Shown in pieces: positions 47,129 to 56,171 of a stretch of DNA of 64,000 nt. Every line of letters starts with the position of its first letter. Positions within the stretch are counted from its first letter, which is position 1. Source of the DNA: a virus; IMG/VR virus record IMGVR_UViG_3300032326_001134, positions 1-64,000 of that record. One strand, given 5' to 3'. The notes below the pieces were generated by a model. It had not been told where the DNA came from. It did not search any database and worked only from the letters and a program-made list of their open reading frames with translations. Made by a program: the position numbers and the translations under genes.

Positions 47129-49489
47129 ATGTCTGTTAGATTGCAATTTAGAAGAGGTACCGCATCAGAGTGGTTTGATGCTGATACTGTATTGGGAGAA
47201 GCCGAAATTGGCTATGAAATTGATACAAAAAAGATTAAAGTTGGAAATGGAATTACAGCATGGAACTCTTTAAGCTACGTAAACGTTGTTCCATCCGATT
47301 TAGTAAACACATTAAATGATTATGTATTAGTAGGAGATGTTGGAAACGCAGGCGGACCAGCAAAATTAGATTCAGATGCAAACTTATTGCTTCCAAATGG
47401 AAGAATAATTTTAGAGGGTGGCACAAACAACGATTATGAAACCACTTTACTTGTAGTAGACCCTACAGCAGATAGAACAATTACTTTTAAAGATGAATCT
47501 GGAACGGTAGCACTACTTTCAGACATTGATGCTGTTATTGGTGGAGCTCCAGGTGCCTTAGACACACTTAATGAACTTGCTGCAGCAATTAATGATGATG
47601 CATCATATGCCGCTACAATAACAAATGCTTTAGCAACAATAACTCAAGGTGGACTAGATCACGTATCTGCTGTTACAAATGTACACGGTATAGCAGACGT
47701 GTCAGAACTTGCAACAAAGACATATGCAGACAATACAGCCACTTCAATATCAAATTCAGCTGTGAGCACACACCTATCTGTAACAACAAACGTACACGGA
47801 ATTGCAGACACTCAAGATTTAATGAGAAAATCTGGATCTACAATGACTGGAATTTTAACTTTAAGTGATGATCCAACATCTAATCTACATGCAGCAACAA
47901 AGAGGTATGTAGATGATCATGTAGACACACACAACGCATCAGGAAACGATGTACATGGTATAGCAGATACAACTGCTCTTGCCACAAAAACTTACGCAGA
48001 TAATACTGCAACAACTATTGCAACAACTATTGCAACAGATGCAATTAACCTATTAACTACTTCTGATATAGAAGAGGGTTCACGTTTATACTTTACTGCA
48101 GTTAGAGCACAAGATGAAGCAAAAAATGTTATGTCAGATGGAGCCAACGAGGTTGTTACAGACAGTCTAGAGGTATCTACAAATGACTTTAACGTTGGAG
48201 AAGTTGCAAAGGGATTAAGAACAACTGATTCATACACTAATCCAATGGCAGTATTTTCAACAGCAGCATCAGATTATGCACAGGTTGCTATTAAAAATAC
48301 AACAAATGCTCCAGCTTCATCTAGCGATCTTATTATTTATGCCTCAAACGGAAATGATGCTTCTGGTTGGATAGACATGGGAATTACTGCACCAACGTTC
48401 TCAGACCCAGACTTTACAATTACTGGTGGTAACGACGGTTATATCTTTATGGAAGCCCCAGTAGGAACAACTGGAGACGGAAATCTTGTTATAGCAACTG
48501 GTGGTAATGGTACACATAACCACATTGTTTTTGCCGCAGGAGGACTACAGTCTAACAATACGCAGATGACTATTTTCCCAGATGAAAATGTTCACATTGA
48601 AATTGATACACCTTCTACATCACCAACAACAGGTGCACTAACAGTAGTCGGTGGAGTTGGTATTCAGGGAGACTTGAATATTAACGGAGATGTTAATATT
48701 GAAGGAACTATTGTTTTTGGAGGAGAAGGCACAACTGTAGAGACATCAAACCTCTCAGTAACTGATCCACTAATTTTCACAGGAGATGGCAACGCATCAG
48801 ACATTGTTGACCTAGGCTTTATTGGAGAATATACTACTGGTGGTAGCACCAAGTATTCAGGTATTGTCCGTGATGCCTCTGACGGAGTTATAAAGGCTTT
48901 TAAACACGCATCAACAAAGCCAACTTCAACCGTTAACTTTGCAGAAGCTGGAATTGAGTATTCAGACATACAAGTTGCAGCAATAAATGCATCATCATTA
49001 ACAGTAGGGGATATTTCAAATACAGAATTTGGATATCTAAATGGAGTAACATCAGCAATTCAAGATCAACTAGACGATAAAGCTCCAACTGATACTCCAA
49101 CATTTACTGGCTTAGTAACAATAGCAGCATCTGGAATAGCATTTGCAGATGGTACTCAAACAAAAGAAGGTGTTCCATCAAGAACTCCAATTATTGCAAA
49201 AACATCAAATTATACTCTTTCATCACTAGCCGAAAGAGACAGCCTAATAGAAGTTGATTCGACAGACCCAGTAACAATCATGATTCCAACAAATTCTGCA
49301 GTCGCTTTCCCAATAGGAACGACATTAGATATACTTGGAGTAAATACAGGATTAATTACAATTCAAGGAGACTCTGGAGTAGCCGTAAACGCTACACCTG
49401 GATTAAAATTGCGTACACGATGGTCTTCATGTACACTACTTAAGCGTGGAGAAAACTCTTGGGTAGTATATGGAGATTTGAAAGAATAA
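47129..49489 (+). CDS. Tail fibre protein with Mtd-N-like N-terminus and conserved C-terminal domain (module 2)
   Basis: LQFRRGTASEW..; VHGIAD repeats; ends NATPGLKLRTRWSSCTLLKR...W...GDL. Confidence 0.8.
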   Translation: MSVRLQFRRGTASEWFDADTVLGEAEIGYEIDTKKIKVGNGITAWNSLSYVNVVPSDLVNTLNDYVLVGDVGNAGGPAKLDSDANLLLPNGRIILEGGTNNDYETTLLVVDPTADRTITFKDESGTVALLSDIDAVIGGAPGALDTLNELAAAINDDASYAATITNALATITQGGLDHVSAVTNVHGIADVSELATKTYADNTATSISNSAVSTHLSVTTNVHGIADTQDLMRKSGSTMTGILTLSDDPTSNLHAATKRYVDDHVDTHNASGNDVHGIADTTALATKTYADNTATTIATTIATDAINLLTTSDIEEGSRLYFTAVRAQDEAKNVMSDGANEVVTDSLEVSTNDFNVGEVAKGLRTTDSYTNPMAVFSTAASDYAQVAIKNTTNAPASSSDLIIYASNGNDASGWIDMGITAPTFSDPDFTITGGNDGYIFMEAPVGTTGDGNLVIATGGNGTHNHIVFAAGGLQSNNTQMTIFPDENVHIEIDTPSTSPTTGALTVVGGVGIQGDLNINGDVNIEGTIVFGGEGTTVETSNLSVTDPLIFTGDGNASDIVDLGFIGEYTTGGSTKYSGIVRDASDGVIKAFKHASTKPTSTVNFAEAGIEYSDIQVAAINASSLTVGDISNTEFGYLNGVTSAIQDQLDDKAPTDTPTFTGLVTIAASGIAFADGTQTKEGVPSRTPIIAKTSNYTLSSLAERDSLIEVDSTDPVTIMIPTNSAVAFPIGTTLDILGVNTGLITIQGDSGVAVNATPGLKLRTRWSSCTLLKRGENSWVVYGDLKE

Positions 49490-49500
49490 AGGAGATATAA

Positions 49501-50787
49501 ATGACTAAAAGATCTGGTAGAAAATCGCAGGCAGCCAATGACTTTATTGAGCCATTAAAGCCTACTATTACAAACGCAGTAAATGTCACTAACAGACCAT
49601 ACAATAATGGATCGGTAGACATTAGTTTTGTCATGAGCCCAGCATCTCCAATAGCAACATCTTATTTAGTTCAAACGGTTGTCCCAGAAGGACAAACCCC
49701 GATAACTGCAACAGGAACCTCGTCACCAGTTACTATTACTGGACTACTCTCTGCAACTAATTATAGATTTACAATAACCGCATCTAATGATATTGGAGAT
49801 TCACCAGTATCTGATCAAAGCTCAGAAGTTTACGTTATAACAACTCCTAAAACTCCACAAACTCCCTCTATATCAAACAACGGAGCAGAAACAAATAACG
49901 TTACTTGGACTGCTACTCAATTTGATGGTGGCTCCGCAGTTACAAACTATGAATTATTAGATGATGAAGGAAGAACCTGGTCATATAACGCATCAACATT
50001 TTCCGCAAATATTAATGATGGAGGAAACTCCTATCAGCGAGTTAAAGTAAGAGCAAGAAACGCCAATGGCGCCTCAGAGTATTCAGAGTTTAGCAACCAG
50101 GTTCAAACAACACCATTTAGCTTTGCACCGTTTGGCTTTACCCCATTTAGCTTTACCCCGTTTGGATTTACACCGTTCGGATTTACACCGTTCGGATTTA
50201 CACCAAAATCAGTCGGAGCAGAAACAATTATAAAATCAAAAGTTCCAGAGGGATTAATATTAGCCCACAATCTAAGCGTAGGAGATGTTTTATATTCTGC
50301 TAACATTGAAGGTATAGATGTTTCAAATACAGCAATATTAGAATATTTACAAAACTGGTCCGCAAATAGCGCATCAATATCTCAAGATGTAGAAACAACT
50401 ATTGTTGCAATGGCAGCAAGAATTTCTTCTGAAGGCTCTGTTGTTATTAATGGAAACAAATACTCAAAGCAACACTTTATTTTAGTAAAAAGAAATAATG
50501 AAATTCAATTCCAGCCATCAGCAGATGTTTTAGAGACAGATTTTATATTTTCACCATCAGAATCAGATTGGGTAGCAGTTACTGATTATAAAATTACAGA
50601 TCAAAGAGAACTTTTAGTTTCAATTGACGTTGAGCCGTTTGATGTATTTTTTACAGACAATGCATTGGTTCATGACTCATATAGAGCCTCAGACGATCCA
50701 AACGTACTGACTTCTAGCGATGAAACATTTAGTGATAAATTAGATGCAATGTATCAACAATGGAGAGATTCTCAAGACCCACAATAG
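49501..50787 (+). CDS. 2x fibronectin type III - (F[GS]F[TA]P)6 - Hint/intein-like domain protein
   Basis: GL...TNYRFTITASN..G.S..S and V.ARNANG.S.YS (FN3); Hint SVGAET...L.VGD.L...SKQH...FFTDNALVHD at 50209-50676; acidic tail. Confidence 0.82.
   Translation: MTKRSGRKSQAANDFIEPLKPTITNAVNVTNRPYNNGSVDISFVMSPASPIATSYLVQTVVPEGQTPITATGTSSPVTITGLLSATNYRFTITASNDIGDSPVSDQSSEVYVITTPKTPQTPSISNNGAETNNVTWTATQFDGGSAVTNYELLDDEGRTWSYNASTFSANINDGGNSYQRVKVRARNANGASEYSEFSNQVQTTPFSFAPFGFTPFSFTPFGFTPFGFTPFGFTPKSVGAETIIKSKVPEGLILAHNLSVGDVLYSANIEGIDVSNTAILEYLQNWSANSASISQDVETTIVAMAARISSEGSVVINGNKYSKQHFILVKRNNEIQFQPSADVLETDFIFSPSESDWVAVTDYKITDQRELLVSIDVEPFDVFFTDNALVHDSYRASDDPNVLTSSDETFSDKLDAMYQQWRDSQDPQ
50116..50205 (+). 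repeat. Pentapeptide repeat FSFAP FGFTP FSFTP FGFTP FGFTP FGFTP
   Basis: Direct translation. Confidence 0.95.
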
Positions 50788-50799
50788 TCAGGATTTAAT

Positions 50800-51447
50800 T
50801 TGTTTAAGCAATTAAAAAAATTACACCTAATGGGACTTTCTGGTGTAAAATATTTTAAGGGAAAACCAATACCCAAATTTAGAAGGTACCCAGAGTATAT
50901 TAAGGGAACCTGGTCTCAATATACTGTTTTTATGGACAAGGGAAACAATTTAGCAATAGAGTGTTTATATAAAGACAATAATAACGAATCTGGAACAATA
51001 GTCATGTCTAATTTTATTAATAATGACTACCCAATCTCATGGGCAACAATTATTATAGATGGATACGATAAAGATCATTACACTGCAGTGACAGATAGAT
51101 TTTATACAAATCCACTACATAGAAGAAAAAAATACCTAGAATCTTTAGCACTTATTGGATACCCAGTATGGTGTACATTCTTTAAAATATTACCAAGACT
51201 TGGACCAGGATATACTGAAGGAACACAAAAAATGGCTTTAAGCGGACTGTCTATGATATCGTCAGCTGCTAAAAAAAGAATAATTTCAAATAGCAATAAG
51301 GCAGAAAAGGTTGTTAAGGGTGGACTCGTAGAAGGTTTAGTTCCTTCTATAAATATGCCAGAAGAACTAGCTGTGTACAAAGACCCAGTGTTCCCAGCAT
51401 TATTTCACTCTATAAGCGTTTGGGAGCCAAATGATAAAAAATATTAA
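50800..51447 (+). CDS. Hypothetical protein, weak GNAT-like motif
   Basis: FYTNPLHRRKKY resembles the GNAT motif A region. Confidence 0.5.
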   Translation: MFKQLKKLHLMGLSGVKYFKGKPIPKFRRYPEYIKGTWSQYTVFMDKGNNLAIECLYKDNNNESGTIVMSNFINNDYPISWATIIIDGYDKDHYTAVTDRFYTNPLHRRKKYLESLALIGYPVWCTFFKILPRLGPGYTEGTQKMALSGLSMISSAAKKRIISNSNKAEKVVKGGLVEGLVPSINMPEELAVYKDPVFPALFHSISVWEPNDKKY

Positions 51448-51994
51448 ATCCATAAATAACGAACTATTATTTTCAGAATATAATAAAATGGTTTCTGAAA
51501 TGTATGAGCACGTATATAAGTTTAGTCCAGGATTAAAACTTGGATTTAAGCCTAAAAAAATATCTTTGGTAGACTATAGAACATTTAACTTTTTTGGCAT
51601 GTATAGTAAAAATATACACTCTTTATATAGAGAAATAAGCGGTATGACAAAAAGCTTATGTGCAGAAAGCAATATTAACTTTGAAAGAAATTCTTTTTAT
51701 TTGCTTGGCAATATAGTTAAAAATGAAACATTGCCAATAGGAACCTATATAAACTTTGCCCCAAACTATAAAACAACTTTTATGGGCCTCTATGTAATTA
51801 GATCAAATAATGATAGAATATCTATAGATAACAAAATACTTGAACTGGAGGAAGGACAATTAATTATGCTAAACTCTGGATCAAAAATTTTATTTGAAAA
51901 TATTAGCGATAATTTAGTAATGTTATCATTTAATATCTCCCCCATAGAATATCTTTATAAACAATACTATCAAAAATGGATACCAATCTCATGA
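51431..51994 (+). CDS. Degenerate paralogue of the 54169..54813 oxygenase, lacking His ligands
   Basis: YRTFNFF...IHSLYREIS vs WREYNVF...IHKLYKNIS; both end ..WIP.. Confidence 0.6.
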   Translation: MIKNIKSINNELLFSEYNKMVSEMYEHVYKFSPGLKLGFKPKKISLVDYRTFNFFGMYSKNIHSLYREISGMTKSLCAESNINFERNSFYLLGNIVKNETLPIGTYINFAPNYKTTFMGLYVIRSNNDRISIDNKILELEEGQLIMLNSGSKILFENISDNLVMLSFNISPIEYLYKQYYQKWIPIS

Positions 51995-52707
51995 TCAATA
52001 TAGAATTTATTCCAAAATTTAGACTGTACAGTAAAGTATTTCCAGAGCCAGTTAGCGTAGCTTCCTCGATACCAGAATGGTGGAAAACACAGGAAAGTCA
52101 TTTAAATAATGATCAAAATGTTTACAGGGGAACAATGCTTCTTACCGTAAAGAAATGTCAATCAGTATTTGACTCAATGACTTTTGGATATTATTTAAAA
52201 TGCCCAACCGATATATCTATAGATGCTACTGGAGACACTTTAAGGGTTCAGCTAACTTCAGATATAATGGGAATGCAGCAACATCTTGTTTCAAACCATT
52301 TAAAAGAACAAATGGCTAAATACCCGATTCCAGAATATTTTCATCCAGAAGTTGTCAGAATACATCCAATGTGGCTGGTGCAAACAGAAGAAGGCTATAG
52401 CTCTTTATTTGTTGCACCAATGCACGGAGACGATTCTCCAATCAAAGCCGTCCCAGGAGTAATAGACACAGACGATTACCCGTCAGACGGATACTTATCT
52501 TTTTTTGTTAAAAAAGGGTTTAAGGGAATAATTAAACAGGGGACTCCAATTATTCAGGTTATTCCTTTTAAACGAGATGACTGGGAAAGCTCTATTAATA
52601 AAGAAAAAGATTCTGACTTTAAAATAAAAGAAAAAAATTTAGGAGTAAGATCAGTTTTTCAAAACGGATACAGAATGAAGTTTTGGAAAAAGAAAACGTA
52701 TAGATGA
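51991..52707 (+). CDS. DUF6065-like beta-rich protein; paralogue of 53410..54168
   Basis: IPEWWK, T.KKC....D.MT.GY, W...T.EGYS, PG.IDTD, I..GTP..Q.IPFKR..W. Confidence 0.65.
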   Translation: MINIEFIPKFRLYSKVFPEPVSVASSIPEWWKTQESHLNNDQNVYRGTMLLTVKKCQSVFDSMTFGYYLKCPTDISIDATGDTLRVQLTSDIMGMQQHLVSNHLKEQMAKYPIPEYFHPEVVRIHPMWLVQTEEGYSSLFVAPMHGDDSPIKAVPGVIDTDDYPSDGYLSFFVKKGFKGIIKQGTPIIQVIPFKRDDWESSINKEKDSDFKIKEKNLGVRSVFQNGYRMKFWKKKTYR

Positions 52708-53435
52708 CAACTAAAATAGTAAACAGGGTTCCATACGAGTCTGACTCTTGGTCATTGATGTCTAACATGAATTTTGAACAAATAGTTAATTTTTCTAATG
52801 TATTTAACAAATGGAAAGAATGGTCATACGTTAAAAATAGCCCATTGCATAAAAAATCTATACTTAAACCAGTAAACATGTATGTGTCTCATTTTTCAAA
52901 TCAGCCAGAAGTAATAAGAATTTCTGACACATCAGCGTATCTAAGATACTATAGTTATGCAGACATACTTATACAAATAGCAGACCCACCAATGGGGCAT
53001 AAGGGTATATTTAAATCTAGTCCAATAAATAGTTTATTTTATGCTACGGATAAATGCTGGTTAAGACAATTTTATCCTTCTCCAAATGAGTACAATATAA
53101 ATAAAAAAAATGCTATATCGGATAGGATGTTTAAAATATATATACCTTGGTTTTTAGACATGGATATAAAATATTCAGTTAAAACAAATAAAGAAGATTC
53201 TTCAATTGTAGCAATAGAAAAAGAAGACTATTTTACAAAAACAAATGACAATGTTATAATAAAAGAAGCAAATTTTGTTGATTTTTATTTTACAAAATCT
53301 GAAAATCATATGCAAGATAAAGTATGCGGATTAATAAAAAAAGATTCGTATTTATTTGATATAGAAATTAAAGCAGATAAAAAAACAATTAAAAAGATTA
53401 TAAGGGAATATGAAAAAAAAAGAATTAAAGGTTAA
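52704..53435 (+). CDS. Hypothetical protein
   Basis: Coupled ORF (ATGA overlap). Confidence 0.65.
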   Translation: MTTKIVNRVPYESDSWSLMSNMNFEQIVNFSNVFNKWKEWSYVKNSPLHKKSILKPVNMYVSHFSNQPEVIRISDTSAYLRYYSYADILIQIADPPMGHKGIFKSSPINSLFYATDKCWLRQFYPSPNEYNINKKNAISDRMFKIYIPWFLDMDIKYSVKTNKEDSSIVAIEKEDYFTKTNDNVIIKEANFVDFYFTKSENHMQDKVCGLIKKDSYLFDIEIKADKKTIKKIIREYEKKRIKG

Positions 53436-54168
53436 ATTTACCCCAGCCTTTATTATGAATACAGAAGGCATATCAGACTATAGTAATTTTAATGAGCCAC
53501 AAGAGTCAAAAAGATATATTCCGTCTTGGTATAAAAAGCTATCTAAATTTTACAAATCAAATAGCATCAGCAAACTACACCCAGTAAACGATAGAGGAAC
53601 GGACGGCAGCGCAGCCTCAACAAAATTATGCATGCCATTTTTTGATGCATTAACATCTGGATACATGTATACCCTAGATTACGATCTTAATGTGAGCCAG
53701 GATAAAAATGGATTTCCTACACTTTCTTGGGAGGGGTCTAATATGATAGTCGATAAAAGATTAATGATAGATGTCCCAGTACCTACACAGCATCACCCAA
53801 TGCATTATGGGTGGAAGGTTAATTGGTATTCAGAAACCCCAAAAGGATATTCTTTGTTAATAACGCATCCATTAAATAGACACGATTTACCATTTACAAC
53901 AATGAGCGGAATAATAGACGCAGACCTTTGGCACACTCCAGTATTTACATCCTTCTTCCTAAAACGCAACTTTATTGGTATAATACCTAAAGGAACTCCT
54001 ATATTTCAAATGATTCCTATTAAAAGAGAAGAGTGGTCTCTTGAAATAGATTATTCAAATGAAAATATAGAACAAAATCAGATTAAGGATGAAAAAAGAA
54101 GATCTTTAATATATGCATATTATAAAAATATAATATGGCAAAGAAAACAATATAGAGGGAAAATATAA
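53410..54168 (+). CDS. DUF6065-like beta-rich protein
   Basis: IPSWYK, TKLC.PF.DA...GY, TPKGYS.L..HP.NR, G.ID.D, IPKGTP.FQ.IP.KRE.W. Confidence 0.65.
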   Translation: MKKKELKVKFTPAFIMNTEGISDYSNFNEPQESKRYIPSWYKKLSKFYKSNSISKLHPVNDRGTDGSAASTKLCMPFFDALTSGYMYTLDYDLNVSQDKNGFPTLSWEGSNMIVDKRLMIDVPVPTQHHPMHYGWKVNWYSETPKGYSLLITHPLNRHDLPFTTMSGIIDADLWHTPVFTSFFLKRNFIGIIPKGTPIFQMIPIKREEWSLEIDYSNENIEQNQIKDEKRRSLIYAYYKNIIWQRKQYRGKI

Positions 54169-54813
54169 ATGGAAAATATGTATATGAATCAGCCAACAGG
54201 TAAAGAGCATAAATTTTTTGAGAGATACTTAGACAATGATCTCCCAGAGCTTGCAGAATTTTTGCAAAACCAATATGCCAATATGGAAACCCTTAAATTG
54301 TCTGGAATAACAAAGGTCACGCCAAGAGATCACTGGCTATCATCTGATAGCGTGTCCACAATCAAATGGAGAGAGTACAATGTTTTTCAGTTTTATCATG
54401 AGTCTATACATAAGCTGTACAAAAATATATCGGAAACTATTAAGGAAGCCTGTGAATACTATGGTATCAACTTTGAAGAACAGAAATACATGGTACAGGG
54501 TTGGTTTAATATTAATTACAATCATAGTGGTAAGCTTGATTGGCATGATCACGGTGGCCCTTATGCCCCGTATTTTCATGGTTACTATTGTGTAAACGCA
54601 GAGCCTTCAACTACTTACTATAGTGTTTTTGGTAATCAGGTAGAGAACCACAATAAAAATAATCGAATGATTATTTCAGAAATGGGTCACCCGCATGCAA
54701 TGGGTGACTGGGACTGGGAAGGTCCTAGAGTAACTATTGCTTATGACATAATGCCTTTAAAAAGCTTAATTACAAACAAGGCAGAGCCACAACATTGGAT
54801 ACCATTACTGTGA
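54169..54813 (+). CDS. Putative 2OG-Fe(II) oxygenase (HxH type)
   Basis: WFNIN...WHDH...GYY...HAM...R.TIAYD. Confidence 0.75.
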   Translation: MENMYMNQPTGKEHKFFERYLDNDLPELAEFLQNQYANMETLKLSGITKVTPRDHWLSSDSVSTIKWREYNVFQFYHESIHKLYKNISETIKEACEYYGINFEEQKYMVQGWFNINYNHSGKLDWHDHGGPYAPYFHGYYCVNAEPSTTYYSVFGNQVENHNKNNRMIISEMGHPHAMGDWDWEGPRVTIAYDIMPLKSLITNKAEPQHWIPLL

Positions 54814-55628
54814 CAAGCAATATTGGAATTTGTATATATTCATATCAAAACAAAAAGCTATTAGACTTAATAGAAGAAATTAAAGAAAAGTCTAGTAAAA
54901 AAAATATGTTGTATTTTTATGTCATAGATCAAAATAATTTGGACAGAACAAGAGGGCTCGACGATCCAGAATTTTATCATTCCATTTCATATAACTATGT
55001 AAAATGGGATTCAATTAAAAGCCCAATTGAATATAAACAACAAGCATTAAACATTTTAAATAAAACATATTATATGCAGGTTGAAGACAACTTAAGCTTA
55101 ATACAAAATTGGGACGAATATGCAATAGAATTCATATCAAACAATAAAAACTCAATTTTATCTGGAAATTCTACCGTCTCGCTAGATAATAAAAACTTGT
55201 TTCAGATAGCAGCTACAAGAACGCCATCAAAACATTTTAATGAGATAAAGTATATAGATAGAAATTTTTTATTTGGTCTTACTGAAGATTTTAAAAAGAT
55301 AGATTACCCTAAATATTTAAAGTACAACGGGGAAGAAGAATCTATTTCAATAGATATGCTAAACAGGGGAATAAAGATTTATAACTTCCCAGATGAATAT
55401 TTATCAATACATAAAGTTGATATAGAAAAAGAATATGTTCCCTTTTCTTTAAACCATAATTATAATAAATTTGTTAGCCTGTATAAGGATCAAGTTAAAA
55501 AGCATTTTGGTTTAAAAATAGAGACATTGCCGTTTGAAGATAGCGATGTCCTGTACGACCCATTGCAGTCTCAAACTGACAAAATTGGTGGGTTAAGATA
55601 TATTAATAAAGTTAAGGAGCTTAGATAA
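54795..55628 (+). CDS. GT60 / Skp1 hydroxyproline GlcNAc-transferase-like protein, divergent
   Basis: I.IYSYQ...L (cf. IASYRD), YYMQVEDN.....NWDE (cf. Y.LQIDSH.RF...WD), GEE..IS; canonical DSH not conserved. Confidence 0.6.
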   Translation: MDTITVTSNIGICIYSYQNKKLLDLIEEIKEKSSKKNMLYFYVIDQNNLDRTRGLDDPEFYHSISYNYVKWDSIKSPIEYKQQALNILNKTYYMQVEDNLSLIQNWDEYAIEFISNNKNSILSGNSTVSLDNKNLFQIAATRTPSKHFNEIKYIDRNFLFGLTEDFKKIDYPKYLKYNGEEESISIDMLNRGIKIYNFPDEYLSIHKVDIEKEYVPFSLNHNYNKFVSLYKDQVKKHFGLKIETLPFEDSDVLYDPLQSQTDKIGGLRYINKVKELR

Positions 55629-56170
55629 TGTTAATAAAAATAGTAGAAGACTTTATAACAGAAGAAGATGCAAATACTTTAATTAATGAAATGAAAAACC
55701 CGTCAGAAAGAAATGAGTATCCTGTATATTACAAAGACCGAAATGGTGGAACCGCATTCCCTTATAATAAAAAAGTTATGTCATTGTTAAAAAAATATGC
55801 AATACATTCAAATAAAATACAAAAAGAATTTTTTGGATTAGAAAAAGATGTTATTGTTACAAAAGCTTTTGGTTCGTTTTGGATGCCTGGAACAAGCGGA
55901 GCCCCACACATAGATGCAATAGAAAAAGAGCCATTTATTGAATACAGTACAGTAATCTATTTAAATGACGAATATGAGGGTGGAGAAATTTATTTTCCAA
56001 GACAATCTTTCGAATATAGTCCTAAAAAATACTCAGCAGTATTTTTTCCAGGAAATAGCATTGACTATGTCCACGGAGTAAAAGAAATAACAAGCGGTAG
56101 TAGATTTACAGCTCTCTATATGCAGTCTACAAAAAAAGACTTTATTGATCCAGATTTTGAAGGGTGCTAG
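55628..56170 (+). CDS. 2OG-Fe(II) oxygenase, prolyl-4-hydroxylase-like
   Basis: HID...YLNDEYEGGE.YF...HGV...G.R. Confidence 0.88.
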   Translation: MLIKIVEDFITEEDANTLINEMKNPSERNEYPVYYKDRNGGTAFPYNKKVMSLLKKYAIHSNKIQKEFFGLEKDVIVTKAFGSFWMPGTSGAPHIDAIEKEPFIEYSTVIYLNDEYEGGEIYFPRQSFEYSPKKYSAVFFPGNSIDYVHGVKEITSGSRFTALYMQSTKKDFIDPDFEGC

Positions 56171-56171
56171 A

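Noticed and set aside
42871-49489. Diversity-generating retroelement, suggested by Mtd-N-like domains
   Set aside because: No reverse transcriptase and no TR/VR pair differing at adenines is visible in this window; the Mtd-like part is only the N-terminal attachment domain.
50103-50306. Antisense ORF with GVNPN repeats
   Set aside because: It is simply the reverse complement of the FGFTP repeat; no RBS or promoter support.
46520-50676. Classical mobile inteins
   Set aside because: No homing endonuclease, not inserted in conserved enzyme motifs, near C-terminal position and non-canonical ends; treated as Hint/BIL-type domains instead.
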